52,300 nt of DNA from a virus (Duplodnaviria > Caudoviricetes): positions 1 through 52,300 of IMG/VR virus record IMGVR_UViG_3300014913_000017; one strand, written 5' to 3'. Under the pieces are notes generated by a model. That model was given only the letters and a program-made list of their open reading frames with translations, was not told where the DNA came from and searched no databases. The position numbers and the translations under genes were made by a program. Position 1 is the first letter of the stretch. Every line of letters begins with the position of its first letter. Positions 18,227 through 28,502 of the stretch are shown in pieces.

Positions 18227-19195
18227 ATGGCGATACCAACGATCACCAGCGTGACGCCTTCAACCTTGGTGAGCACCACCAGGGCACAGGTGATCATCAC
18301 GGGTACCAACTTCAACCTGTGGCCCGGGATCCCATTCGCCAACGCTGGCGTGGCTGTCATGTTTGTTTTTGACGGGGAGGAATTCCTGGCCGATCACATC
18401 GGGGTGATCAGTGACACGGAAATCCGTTGCACCGCGTTTCACTACATGGGCGATCACAAGGCAAGTCCGTACACCGGGGACGTTCGAGTGTACAACCTCC
18501 AGGCGGACGGATCGCCCGTGCCTGGTGAGGTGGCCACCCTGGTGGATGCGGTCACGTACAAGCCCGACGATCACCTCCCCGGGGACGGTGCCCAGTGGGG
18601 GTTCACGGTCCGCGTGTTGCGTGAGTACCTCCGCCTGTTGAAGATCACCCTCCGGGACATCCCGATCGGGATCGCCACCCACACGGACTACCACCCGGAA
18701 GGTGTGATCGTTCACTTCGACATTGACCTCCCCGCACTGGGGATCGCGGACATCGGGGCGGACATCCAGCCCCACACGCCCTATGACCCGGACCGGGATC
18801 GGACGGAAGGGGAGGAGGAGGAATACCTCCCCACCCAGTACCTGTGGCTCCGCATGAGCCTCCTCCCGCTGTCAGAAAATGCGGACGAAACCCTGTCACT
18901 TACTGAAACGGTCATGAGGTTTGGCCAGCGTGTGCGACAGGTCCACGTCCGCAAGGGTCCGGGGTCAACGGACAGGCTCACCCTCCGCCACTACCTTGAC
19001 CCCGCTCCAGAGTTTGTGTTTAATGCGGGAGTGGGAACGTCCCAGGCGGCGTTCACTGTGAGGCTGGGCCCAGTGCCAATAGAAACGCCAGAAATCACCG
19101 ATCGACTGTTCCCGCTGGAGGAGGCCCTGGTACACGCCTGGGCCAATGTCGATCTGACGGGCCCCGAACGTGAAACGACGATCCTTGAACCGTGA
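18227..19195 (+). CDS. IPT/TIG-domain protein, probable tail terminator/completion protein
   Basis: PTITSVTPS..VIITGTNF..ISDTEIRC Ig-like IPT motif. Lies between neck and sheath genes. Confidence 0.55.
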   Translation: MAIPTITSVTPSTLVSTTRAQVIITGTNFNLWPGIPFANAGVAVMFVFDGEEFLADHIGVISDTEIRCTAFHYMGDHKASPYTGDVRVYNLQADGSPVPGEVATLVDAVTYKPDDHLPGDGAQWGFTVRVLREYLRLLKITLRDIPIGIATHTDYHPEGVIVHFDIDLPALGIADIGADIQPHTPYDPDRDRTEGEEEEYLPTQYLWLRMSLLPLSENADETLSLTETVMRFGQRVRQVHVRKGPGSTDRLTLRHYLDPAPEFVFNAGVGTSQAAFTVRLGPVPIETPEITDRLFPLEEALVHAWANVDLTGPERETTILEP

Positions 19196-19207
19196 GCGGA
19201 GGCACTG

Positions 19208-19651
19208 ATGTACACACAAGTTAAGATCCGCAACCTCACCACGGGCCCTCTGGCAATCATGAACACATGGGGGCCCCAGGTGGAACGGCGCGTGGCGCGG
19301 ACGCAATGGAAAAAGGGACAGGACGGCCTGGTGAAAAAGCACGTGCTGGACGTGCGCCAGGTTCCAACGGCCTTCAACCTGCCCGCTGGTGAGGAGGTCA
19401 CCCTCCCCCGGGCCGCGGCCAACTCGGATCAGATCGTGGGCCTCCACCGCAACAACATGATCAGCGTGTCCCCTGTGAAGCCCAAGGACGCCCCCCAGGC
19501 CCCCGCGGAAGTGGAAACGGCCAAGGACACCTCCCAGGCCCCGGAAGGCCAGGAGGAGGCGGGTGATGGCCCACAGGACAGCACGGAAAAAGACCACCGC
19601 CAGGGCAACGGCCGTGGCAAGGGAAAAGGCAAGGGCAGGTCCGGGAAGTAG
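19208..19651 (+). CDS. hypothetical protein preceding the sheath gene, with GKGKGKG tail
   Basis: SD GGAGG, fits the operon. Confidence 0.65.
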   Translation: MYTQVKIRNLTTGPLAIMNTWGPQVERRVARTQWKKGQDGLVKKHVLDVRQVPTAFNLPAGEEVTLPRAAANSDQIVGLHRNNMISVSPVKPKDAPQAPAEVETAKDTSQAPEGQEEAGDGPQDSTEKDHRQGNGRGKGKGKGRSGK

Positions 19652-19678
19652 GACGGACACCAACACCGGGAGGACGGC

Positions 19679-21883
19679 ATGAGTGCAACGCAAGGCGCGT
19701 CACGGACGATCATCGAAAGGCTCCCACCAAGCCTGAAAAGCCTGGTGGGCGTGGCGACCTCCACGATCCACCTCACTGGTGTGGCCTTCAAGGGCCCGGT
19801 GGGCCAGGTCACGGGCCCTTACGGCGCGTGGTCCGGGTTCAAAAAGGTGTACGGTGGACTGATCACCACGTCATACCTCCCCGTGACGGTGTGGGGGATC
19901 ATGCGGGCCCCGCGTGGGCTCAAACGGGTGTATATCACCCGGGTGACGCACTTCACCGATCCGGATGACAGGACCACCACCACGGCGGTGGCTGGCACCC
20001 TGAACCTGGCGGGCAACACCACCAACCCCACCCAGGGCGCGGTCACGTCCGGCAATGCCGGAACGTTCAACCTGGAAAGCGGGCAAACCCTGGACATCCA
20101 CTGTGACGAGGACGTGGGTGGACCGGACACGGCCACGTTCACCGGGACGGTGGCCCTCCTTCCGGGTGCCCCGTGGGTGGGCCCCATGCTCCCGGCGGAT
20201 CAACTGACGTTTTTCACGGACGCGGATCCGGATCCACAGGTGGTGGTGTTCGCGGGTGGTGAAACCCTCCAGCAAACCGCGGACCTGATCAACGGTACCG
20301 TGTCCGGGATCACGGCCACGGTGGTGGGCCCGGTGATCGACCTGACCTCCAACACGGAGGGCACGGACGGCCGGGTACAGATCAGCGCGGAGGCTCCCCC
20401 CGGTGTGGCCGCCAAGATCGGTCATGTGGTTGGCCCGGCCGCCGTGGGTGGTGGCAACGTGGCCAATATCGATGCGGTGACATTCGCGGAGGCAAAGTCG
20501 ATCATCGAAGCGGCCGTCGTCAACCCGGTCTCGGGTGTGCTGGTCACGGAGGAACTGACGGGCGAGATCACGATCACCTCCCAGCGCGTGGGTGGTGGCG
20601 TGGGTTCCAGCGTCCAGATCGAAGTGGGCTCCACGGCGGTGGGCTTCAACTTCGACAACCTCCTCCACCAGGGCACCGCGGCCAGCGTTGCCACGGTGGT
20701 GGTGATCGATGCCAAGTACCCGGGTGATCACACGCTCACGATCGATGTGGAGGATCCCACGGATGGGGATGCCACCCACTACAAGATCAAAGTGTACCAG
20801 GCCGGGGAACTGGTGGAGACGTGGGACGACCTCCCGGCGGACAGCGGGGCGGACACGATCGTGAATGACGCGGACGTGGGCTCCACGTGGATCACGCTCA
20901 CGGACCAGGGCGTGGGGTTCCGCCCCACCAACGTGACGGCCCAGGCCGTGGCGGGTGGTTCCACCGGACTGGTGGGCCTGGTGGATGCGGATTTCATCGG
21001 GGACGCGGGGATCAGGTCCACGCGCCTGTGGCCGGACTACATCGCCCTCCGTGCCGTGCCGGGCTGGGCCACCGCGGTGGTGCAACCGGACCTGGTGAAC
21101 TGGTGCGAGGAAACCAACAGCTTTGCCGTCCTGGGCGGGGCGTTCGGTTTCACGGTGGATGGTGTCCGCACATACGTGAAGACCACGGCGGGGCTCAAGG
21201 GCCTTTCGGAATACGGCGCGTTCTACTGGCCGAACGTGAAGATCGCCAACCCGGATACGGACGTGTACGGGGATGACACGGAAATCCTGGTGAACGCGGA
21301 GGGCGCGGTCCTGGCCTCGATCATCGTTCAGGATTCCAAGCCCGGCGGCGTCCATGAGGCCGCGGGCGGACTGGAAAACGGGAGGCTGTGGGGCGTCACG
21401 GACGTGGAAACGGAGGCGGTGTACGATGAGGTGGAACGGGACAAGCTGTACCCGGACCGGATCAACATCATTCACCATGACGCCACCGGGGAGCCGTTCT
21501 ACATCGACGGGTCACGGACCCTGGCCAGCGGTGGACCGTTCCCCTCCATCGGGGAATCCCGCGGTGTGATCTACATCACGGAAACGGTCCGGCAATTCGT
21601 GGACCCCAAGCGCCACCAAAACATCACCCTCCGCCTCCTGGCGGAAGTGCGGAACGCGATCGAACTGTTCCTCCGCAAGGAGGCCAAGCTGGGCGCGTTT
21701 TTCACGGCGGACCCGGCCCAAGCCTTTTACGTGGACACCAGCGAAAACGTGAACCCGCCAAGCGAGCGGGCCAAGCACGTGCTCCACGTGGTGCTGGGGC
21801 TCAACAAGGCGGAACCCGCGGAGTGGATCGTCCTGGAGGTCACCAAGGACACCCGCGCACTGTTTGAGGAACTGGGCCTGTAG
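19679..21883 (+). CDS. contractile tail sheath protein with large inserted domains
   Basis: GVAFKGPVG, FKKVYGG, YGAFYWPNVK, ERDKLYPDRINII, IDGSRTL, AFYVD..NPP, EPAEWIVL sheath motifs. Confidence 0.92.
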   Translation: MSATQGASRTIIERLPPSLKSLVGVATSTIHLTGVAFKGPVGQVTGPYGAWSGFKKVYGGLITTSYLPVTVWGIMRAPRGLKRVYITRVTHFTDPDDRTTTTAVAGTLNLAGNTTNPTQGAVTSGNAGTFNLESGQTLDIHCDEDVGGPDTATFTGTVALLPGAPWVGPMLPADQLTFFTDADPDPQVVVFAGGETLQQTADLINGTVSGITATVVGPVIDLTSNTEGTDGRVQISAEAPPGVAAKIGHVVGPAAVGGGNVANIDAVTFAEAKSIIEAAVVNPVSGVLVTEELTGEITITSQRVGGGVGSSVQIEVGSTAVGFNFDNLLHQGTAASVATVVVIDAKYPGDHTLTIDVEDPTDGDATHYKIKVYQAGELVETWDDLPADSGADTIVNDADVGSTWITLTDQGVGFRPTNVTAQAVAGGSTGLVGLVDADFIGDAGIRSTRLWPDYIALRAVPGWATAVVQPDLVNWCEETNSFAVLGGAFGFTVDGVRTYVKTTAGLKGLSEYGAFYWPNVKIANPDTDVYGDDTEILVNAEGAVLASIIVQDSKPGGVHEAAGGLENGRLWGVTDVETEAVYDEVERDKLYPDRINIIHHDATGEPFYIDGSRTLASGGPFPSIGESRGVIYITETVRQFVDPKRHQNITLRLLAEVRNAIELFLRKEAKLGAFFTADPAQAFYVDTSENVNPPSERAKHVLHVVLGLNKAEPAEWIVLEVTKDTRALFEELGL

Positions 21884-21905
21884 ATAGAGCCCAAGGAGGA
21901 TCATC

Positions 21906-22370
21906 ATGGACGTGAGAGGACGCCCGGCCAACTTCTATGACAAGGCGCGGTTCCTGGTCGAAATCGACCTGATGCAATACGCGGGCTTTCAGTCCGTGTC
22001 CGATGTGTCAAGCGCGTTCGCGGCCAAGCTGTACCACGACGGGGCCTCCCCCACGCCTTTCAAAAAGGCGGGCAAGGAGGATTACCCCAACGTCACGCTG
22101 GAACAGGGCGCGAGTGAAGATCGGGACATGGAGGACTGGTGGAACCTGGTCAAGTCCAGTGTCCGCGGGTACGGCGTGATCCCGGACCTGTACAAGCGCA
22201 ACGTGACGATCGTTCAGATCGATGAAACCGGGGACCGCAAGCGGGAGATCGTCCTGTTCGGCGCGTACCCGGTCAACATGGTGATGGGTTCATGGGATGC
22301 CACGGACCAGGAGGGATTTGTGATCAAGTCCCTGGAACTGGCATACGATGAACTGGAGGTCATCAGCTAG
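21906..22370 (+). CDS. tail tube protein (T4 gp19-like)
   Basis: RFLVEID..AGFQSVS..YPNVTLEQG..KRNVTIVQ..LFGAYP..IKSLELAYD. Confidence 0.88.
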   Translation: MDVRGRPANFYDKARFLVEIDLMQYAGFQSVSDVSSAFAAKLYHDGASPTPFKKAGKEDYPNVTLEQGASEDRDMEDWWNLVKSSVRGYGVIPDLYKRNVTIVQIDETGDRKREIVLFGAYPVNMVMGSWDATDQEGFVIKSLELAYDELEVIS

Positions 22371-22487
22371 TCCCTCCCCTTTCCGCCCCGCCTCGATCGT
22401 GGCGGTGCCTGGGCCCCCTATAAGCGGGATTGCCACTGGCACCACACACAACAACACCAGGCCAGTTAATTTCCAAGGAGGAAAACC

Positions 22488-23201
22488 ATGGCGATCACCG
22501 TGACGTGTCCAAGTGGATTGAAGGGCGAAATCAGAAAGCCCAAGGTCCGCGATATTTCCGAACTGCGGAAGGGTGGAAACTCGATCCGCGCATACACCAA
22601 GCTGTTGCGATCGTGCTGGGAACGCACCCTGGAAAAAGGGGTGTACAACTGGGAAGGCGATCCCAACAACGTGCCATGGTCGGAAGTGTTGAGCGGGGAT
22701 CGGTTCTACATCCTCCTCCAGATCCGCGTGGCCCTGTTCGGTCCCGTGTACAAGTTCAACGTGACGTGTGGGACGTGCGGATCCAGGTTTGCCTGGGAGG
22801 TGAACGTGGAGGAGGACATCGAAGTCAAGCCCCTGTCCGATGCGGCCAAGGAAATCCTGGCCGGACAGGATAAACTGTTTTCCTGCACCCTGATCGACGG
22901 CCGGGAGGTGCAGTTCAGGGCGGGCACCGGACGCATGGAAGCGGCGATCGACGGTCAAGAGGATCCGATCATCAAGTTTGTTCTACCGCGGATCCACAGC
23001 CTGGACGGACAGGCCCAGCCCAAGCAAATCAAGGAGGCCCTCCTGGACATGGATCAGGATGTGTTTGATCACCTCCAGGCGGAACTGGCCGCGAGTGAAT
23101 GCGGGCCGGACATTGCGATCCTGGCGCGGTGCAACTGTAACGCCACGTCGAGGATTGACCTCCCTTTCGACCGAACGTTTTTTTACCCTCGATCAGGGTA
23201 G
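22488..23201 (+). CDS. tail assembly chaperone / T4 gp26-like hub assembly protein
   Basis: VTCPSG, GDRFYILLQIR, CGTC and CNCN..LPFDRTFFYP pattern. Lies between tube and tape measure. Confidence 0.65.
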   Translation: MAITVTCPSGLKGEIRKPKVRDISELRKGGNSIRAYTKLLRSCWERTLEKGVYNWEGDPNNVPWSEVLSGDRFYILLQIRVALFGPVYKFNVTCGTCGSRFAWEVNVEEDIEVKPLSDAAKEILAGQDKLFSCTLIDGREVQFRAGTGRMEAAIDGQEDPIIKFVLPRIHSLDGQAQPKQIKEALLDMDQDVFDHLQAELAASECGPDIAILARCNCNATSRIDLPFDRTFFYPRSG

Positions 23202-23212
23202 CCCTGGAGGAA

Positions 23213-23413
23213 ATGTTGCCGCTGCCCACATCTGAAATGCTGGAGCAACAGATCGCGGAGGTCTGCTACCAGTACCCCCAGGTGGGTGGTGTCAATATAG
23301 ATGTGCGGACGTGCCAGGATCTTGGGCTGGATGAACTGTACCGATACGCCAAACACCAGGCGCGGATCCGGCGGGAACTGGTGGACGCAATGAAACGGAA
23401 GGCGCGGGGATAA
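23213..23413 (+). CDS. small chaperone extension, probable -1 frameshift partner of 22488..23201
   Basis: Lies in the -1 frame, which is open back to the T7 run at 23178-23184. Directly precedes the tape measure gene. Confidence 0.55.
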   Translation: MLPLPTSEMLEQQIAEVCYQYPQVGGVNIDVRTCQDLGLDELYRYAKHQARIRRELVDAMKRKARG

Positions 23414-23414
23414 C

Positions 23415-25757
23415 ATGGCGGCAGGATTCGGCACCACCGTGAAGTTTTCGGCAACCGCTGAGAACAATGTCAGTGGCCCCATGGACAAGGCCAGCGGATC
23501 CTTGAAGGGTGCTGGCCAGGCGGCTGCGGGTGCTGGCACGTCCCTGTCATCCCTGGGATCGTTGGGCCAGGTGTTGCCCGGTATCATGGGCCCCGCTGCC
23601 GCGTCCATGGGTGCGCTGTCCGCCGCGCTGGGACCGATTGCGATCGGTATCGGACTGATCGTTGGTGCGATCGGTGGCTTCAACATGATCGTGGATGAGG
23701 CCAACCGGGTGATGTCGATTTCAATTGACACGTTCGGCCTGTTTGAAAAGAAACTGGCGGAGGTCCAGACGATCCTGGGCGTCACCAGGAAAGCCATGGA
23801 AGGGGTGACGGACGCTGCCCTGGGCTTTGGTGCCACCTATGGCAAGAGCGCGGCGGAGGAACTGGAGGCGTTTTACGCGACGGCCTCCGCCGGGTTCGCG
23901 GACGCTGCCCAGGCGTCCATGGTCATGGACACGGCCAACAAGCTGGCGGTGGCTGGCGTCACGGACATGAACAGTTCCGTGGACCTCCTCACCACCGTAC
24001 TGAACGGGTTTGGAATTGCTGCGGAGGGTGCGGGCGGTGTCAGTGATGCACTGTTCACCGCGGTGCGGGCTGGAAAAACCACGGTGGGTGAACTGGCCGC
24101 GGCATTCGGCAACGTGGTTCCCTCCGCTTCCGCTGCGGGGGCCACGCTGGAGGACACCCTGTCCGCCATGGCGGCCTTGACCTTGGCCGGGCAGTCCACC
24201 GCGGAGGCGTCCACGGCCCTGGCCCGTGCCTTCGACGTGTTGATCAAACAGCCTCCCCAGGTGCTGGCGGAATTCAAAAAGTTTGGAATCGAGGCGGAGG
24301 ATCTGAACGTCAAGGAACGTGGCCTCCTTCCGGTGATCGAATCCATCAGCCAGGGATTCAAGGGCAATGAGGATGCACTAGCCCAGGCGATCCCCCAGAT
24401 CCGCGCCTTCAAGGCGATCATGCCCCTGGCCGGAAAGCAAATGGAGGCGTTTGTCGGGACACTCGACGCCATGGACGACAAGCTGGGCGCAACCGATCAA
24501 GCCTTCAACACGATCGCCAATACGCTGTCATTCCAGCGGGACCGCTGGAACAGCATGATGGAAGGAATAAAAACGAGGCTGGGCCAGGTGTTTGCCCCCG
24601 CGATTAAAACCGCCCTGGACATCCTGAATGACCTCCTGGGGGTGATCGAGAAACTACCAGCGCCGATCAAAAATACGATCTTTGCAATGGCCGGGATCGG
24701 GTTCGCTTTGCCATCCGTGCTGGGTAAGCTGGGGTCACTGATCTGGACACTCACCAAGCTGGCGGCCGTGGCGTTGGTGGTGGGCAACCTGGTGATCGTT
24801 TTCCAGGGTGCCCTGGCCGGAATGATCCCAGCCCTGGGTGGAATCATTGGACGGGTGATCAAGTTCGCTGTGGCCTGGCGGAAAAACCTGGACAACATCC
24901 AGGACCGTGTAAAGCGGTGGGCCACCAACATCAAACTGATCCTCCGTGGCCTGGGTGAAGCAATCGCAAACGAGGGGATGATCAGCGGACCGCTGGCCAA
25001 GGAACTGGAGGAGGCTGGCGTGGTGTCCTGGGTGGCCAAGCTGTTTGTGGCCTTCGATCGATTGAAGCTGTTTATGGAATCATTCTGGGAGGGGTTCAGC
25101 ACGGCGGTGATCGCTGGCGCGGAATCAATCGGGGAAGCGTTCCCGGAGATCCAGGCGCTGATCGATTTGATCAAGGCGGGCGGGGAGGACGCGGAAGGTT
25201 TCGCCAAGGCCCTGGACCCGGAGGGGATCAAGAAATTCGCAACGGAAACGGGCAAGGCCCTTGGCGAGATCGTCCGGTTCCTGGCGGACGGTGGCCGGGC
25301 GTGGAAGGAAAACCAGGAAACGATCGAGGCTGTGGTTGAAGCCTTGAAGCTCATGGGGGAAGTGATCAAGGCCCTCCTCCCTGTTGCCCAGGCACTGTGG
25401 AAGGTGATCGGACCGATCCTCCAGTTCGGCGCGGATATGCTGGGGCCCCTCCTCGGCGGTGGACCTCCGCCCCAGGTGAAGCCCGCGGGCACGGAGGGCG
25501 GTGTACCCATCGAAGAGGAACCCGCGTCCGCTGGTGAGATCACGGGGTCCATACTGAACGCCGCGATCCCCTCCCTCCTTCAAACCGGGGTGACCGCCGT
25601 TTCACCAGGTGCTGGCCTTGCGTTGCAAGGGCTGGGGGTTGGGAAGCAAGCGATCGAGATCCACACCACCCTGGAGGTGGACAAGGAAAAGCTGGCCTCC
25701 AAGGTGCAACAGGTTGAAGTGGAAACTGGGGAGGAACAGTTTGAGGCTGCGGGGTGA
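23415..25757 (+). CDS. tail tape measure protein (TP901/PhageMin_Tail-like core)
   Basis: FEKKLAEVQTI, YATASAG, AVRAGKTTVGELA, hydrophobic central segments, Ala/Gly-rich helices. Confidence 0.92.
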   Translation: MAAGFGTTVKFSATAENNVSGPMDKASGSLKGAGQAAAGAGTSLSSLGSLGQVLPGIMGPAAASMGALSAALGPIAIGIGLIVGAIGGFNMIVDEANRVMSISIDTFGLFEKKLAEVQTILGVTRKAMEGVTDAALGFGATYGKSAAEELEAFYATASAGFADAAQASMVMDTANKLAVAGVTDMNSSVDLLTTVLNGFGIAAEGAGGVSDALFTAVRAGKTTVGELAAAFGNVVPSASAAGATLEDTLSAMAALTLAGQSTAEASTALARAFDVLIKQPPQVLAEFKKFGIEAEDLNVKERGLLPVIESISQGFKGNEDALAQAIPQIRAFKAIMPLAGKQMEAFVGTLDAMDDKLGATDQAFNTIANTLSFQRDRWNSMMEGIKTRLGQVFAPAIKTALDILNDLLGVIEKLPAPIKNTIFAMAGIGFALPSVLGKLGSLIWTLTKLAAVALVVGNLVIVFQGALAGMIPALGGIIGRVIKFAVAWRKNLDNIQDRVKRWATNIKLILRGLGEAIANEGMISGPLAKELEEAGVVSWVAKLFVAFDRLKLFMESFWEGFSTAVIAGAESIGEAFPEIQALIDLIKAGGEDAEGFAKALDPEGIKKFATETGKALGEIVRFLADGGRAWKENQETIEAVVEALKLMGEVIKALLPVAQALWKVIGPILQFGADMLGPLLGGGPPPQVKPAGTEGGVPIEEEPASAGEITGSILNAAIPSLLQTGVTAVSPGAGLALQGLGVGKQAIEIHTTLEVDKEKLASKVQQVEVETGEEQFEAAG

Positions 25758-25760
25758 TAC

Positions 25761-26294
25761 ATGGGCGTTGATCTAGCGGTATCCACTGGTGAGGTGATCA
25801 GGTCAGAGTTGGCCCACGCCATGCTGATCAACCAGTCCACTGGTGAGATCCAGGAATTCATGATCAACCCGCGGGAACTGCGGGCCACGCTGGCGGTGAA
25901 GTGGCGATCACCCGCGCCGATCATGGTGGCCCCCGCCGGGCCGCTGAACTATGCCAGCACGTCCCCCAAGGAATACACGATCCGCGCCTGGGTGGACGCG
26001 GAACTGTTCCCCGATCGTGACATCATGGACTGGCTGTCCTTTCTTGAATCCATGTGCTACCCGGTGCGGAGCGGATCGGTGATCTCGGATCCCCCCACCG
26101 TCCTGTTTGTGTGGCCTGGGATCCTTGCCATGTCATGCAAGATCGCCCGCATTCAGGAACGCTTTGAAGACTTCCGCACGGACCTCCACCCCAAGTCATT
26201 TTCCACTGACGTGGTGTTGCGTGAGTACGGGGACACCATCAGGTTCAGCGGGGAGGAACGGGACCGCATGGTGATCACGGAGGGGATCGGATGA
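25761..26294 (+). CDS. tube initiator / CIS tube-like protein
   Basis: EFMINPREL..PPTVLFVWPG..ERFEDF..VVLREY. Confidence 0.7.
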   Translation: MGVDLAVSTGEVIRSELAHAMLINQSTGEIQEFMINPRELRATLAVKWRSPAPIMVAPAGPLNYASTSPKEYTIRAWVDAELFPDRDIMDWLSFLESMCYPVRSGSVISDPPTVLFVWPGILAMSCKIARIQERFEDFRTDLHPKSFSTDVVLREYGDTIRFSGEERDRMVITEGIG

Positions 26295-26620
26295 AACGCC
26301 CGGAGGATTATTCCCGGTGGAACGGGTTGACCTGGATCCGTGAAGTGATCACCAGCACGGTGGATCACCTGTGGAGGCCGTGGCGTTCCAACCTGTATGT
26401 GATGGAGGAGGACATCGATCCGATCGTGACGGTGCGCTGTGGTGCCACTGACACCCTGTGGTCCCTGGCGGCCCAGCATTACGCGGCAGTGGATCGCCCT
26501 GAACAGTTGTGGTGGCTGATCGCGGAGGTCAATGACCTGGTGGATCCCACCGTGAGCCTGAACGGGAAAACGATCGTGGTGCCCCCGCTGTCCATCCTGG
26601 AGGATCAGGCTGTGGCATGA
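26291..26620 (+). CDS. LysM/tail-X-like baseplate protein
   Basis: DTLWSLAAQHY..LWWLIAEVNDLVDP..GKTIVVP. Confidence 0.8.
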   Translation: MKRPEDYSRWNGLTWIREVITSTVDHLWRPWRSNLYVMEEDIDPIVTVRCGATDTLWSLAAQHYAAVDRPEQLWWLIAEVNDLVDPTVSLNGKTIVVPPLSILEDQAVA

Positions 26621-27966
26621 GGCCGATCGTCAATATAGATTTCAAGGACGCGGACCTGAACGCCCGGTTTATCCCGCGCCTGGAGGGGTTCAAGTTCCTG
26701 GACCGGGACAACCGGGCGGACAAGGTGGAACTGGAATTTGATAATGACGATCAGGCCCTCACTGAATTTTACCCGCCGGGCCTGGTGGTGACGTTTTCCT
26801 GGGGGTACGCGGGACGCATGGCGCAACCTCGCACCATGAAGATCCGCAAGATGAAAGGCGCGGGCACGGGCACGTTGAAGGCGGAGGGCTTTTCCAAGGA
26901 ATTCGATCTGGACCGGGTGCAGCAAACGCGGGCGTTTGAAAATGTCACGTATGTGGATGTGGCGATCACCATCGCACAGGAACACGGATATCCGCTGGAA
27001 CTGATCAACGTGCCGGACCAGGAGGAGGTGATCCTCCCGGTGTACGAATTGATCAACCAGACCGCGGAGACTGATGCGGCGTTCCTGCGGAGGCTGGCCA
27101 ATGATCTTCCACAGTTTGTTTTCTGGATGTCTGAATCCCAATTCTATTTCAATGAACCCGGGTACAAGAAAAAGCCCAGGCGCGTGATCGAGTACAGGGA
27201 GGGTTCCCTCCTCGGAAACGTCACTGGACTGGACAGCGATCTGAACCTGATCCGCAACCCGGTGAAGGTGACGAAAAAGGCCCACGATCCCAAGGCCAAA
27301 AAGACAAAGGAGGCCACGGCTGGATCGCAAGAGGAGGGCCCGGTGCTGGGGCCCTTTGAACCTGGCCTGTACGAAAAGGGCCAGGAGGTGGGAACGCTGT
27401 ACGATCCGAAAACTGGCACCACCACCACCACGTACCAAAAGGGGAATGAGATCGTGTACTACCAGGGCGGCCTCCCCGTGCTGGTGGACGTGGTTGGAAA
27501 CCAGGACCAGGAGGAGGTGGCCCCCACTTCCGAAACCGATCAGGCTGGTGTCCAGCAAGAGGCCAACCAGCAGATCAAGAAAAAGAAATCCAAGCGGATC
27601 AAGTACACCCTGAAAATGGAACCCGGGGATCCATACCTCCAGGCCAAGGAGGTGGTGGAACTGCGGGGGGCTTCCATCCTGTCCGGCCCAGCGTATGCCA
27701 AGGAGGTGACGCACACGATCAAGGCCGGGTCATACATCCAGGAGGCCAAAATGTGGAAGGGGTACCTGGGCAAGAAACCGAAAAAGTCCACGGCCGCCCA
27801 GGAAAGCCAGGAGGCTGGTGGTGAGGTCAACCCCGGGGGGGAGGCCCAGGGGGAAACGTCCCTGTTCATCGATCCCGTTGACGGGTACACCCACGTGGGA
27901 TTCATCCAGCCTGGTGAGGCTGGGATCCTTCCCGAAACCACGGGCAACCAGTATGGTGGATCCTGA
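26617..27966 (+). CDS. baseplate hub (late control D / gp27-like)
   Basis: ADKVELEFDN, FSWGY, NQTAETDAAFLRRLA, GDPYLQAK..VTHTI. Confidence 0.85.
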   Translation: MRPIVNIDFKDADLNARFIPRLEGFKFLDRDNRADKVELEFDNDDQALTEFYPPGLVVTFSWGYAGRMAQPRTMKIRKMKGAGTGTLKAEGFSKEFDLDRVQQTRAFENVTYVDVAITIAQEHGYPLELINVPDQEEVILPVYELINQTAETDAAFLRRLANDLPQFVFWMSESQFYFNEPGYKKKPRRVIEYREGSLLGNVTGLDSDLNLIRNPVKVTKKAHDPKAKKTKEATAGSQEEGPVLGPFEPGLYEKGQEVGTLYDPKTGTTTTTYQKGNEIVYYQGGLPVLVDVVGNQDQEEVAPTSETDQAGVQQEANQQIKKKKSKRIKYTLKMEPGDPYLQAKEVVELRGASILSGPAYAKEVTHTIKAGSYIQEAKMWKGYLGKKPKKSTAAQESQEAGGEVNPGGEAQGETSLFIDPVDGYTHVGFIQPGEAGILPETTGNQYGGS

Positions 27967-28502
27967 TGCCCAGTCTGATGGACATGGACCCCCGCCTCCG
28001 GTTCCTGGGAATCTGGCCCGGCACGGTGGTTGAAAACGACGACCCGGAAAATTTACACCGGATCCGGTTCAGTGTGCCCGGGCTGGTAGAAAAAAGCCCC
28101 TGGGCGTTCCCCGCTGGCCTGGTGGCGGACACGGAGGAGGGGCTGTGGTCCGTCCCCAACGTGGGCATGAACGTGTGGTGTACCTGGGCGGCCGGGGATC
28201 CCAAGCGTCCCATTTATTTGCCGGGCCCCTGGGGGACCGGAGACGCCCCACAGGACGATAAAAACCTCCGGGGGGTACGTTGGGATGACTACCAGTTGAT
28301 CGTGGACCAGGACGCCCACACGGCCGTCCTGGAGGACCGCGTCCTGGGGATCCAGGTGAAGCTGGAACGGTCGGGTGGAAAGCTCACCCTCCACGGTCCG
28401 GCGGAGGTGGTCATCAGTTCCATTGGCACCGTGCGGATCACGGGGTCCGGCTGTGAAATCCTGGGCCGTCCGGTGGTGCCAGGCGCGGGGCCGATCAGGT
28501 GA
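27966..28502 (+). CDS. baseplate spike (gpV / gp5 OB-fold)
   Basis: GTVVENDDPENLHRIRFSVP..WAFP..VPNVGMNVW..GDPKRPIY. Confidence 0.88.
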   Translation: MPSLMDMDPRLRFLGIWPGTVVENDDPENLHRIRFSVPGLVEKSPWAFPAGLVADTEEGLWSVPNVGMNVWCTWAAGDPKRPIYLPGPWGTGDAPQDDKNLRGVRWDDYQLIVDQDAHTAVLEDRVLGIQVKLERSGGKLTLHGPAEVVISSIGTVRITGSGCEILGRPVVPGAGPIR

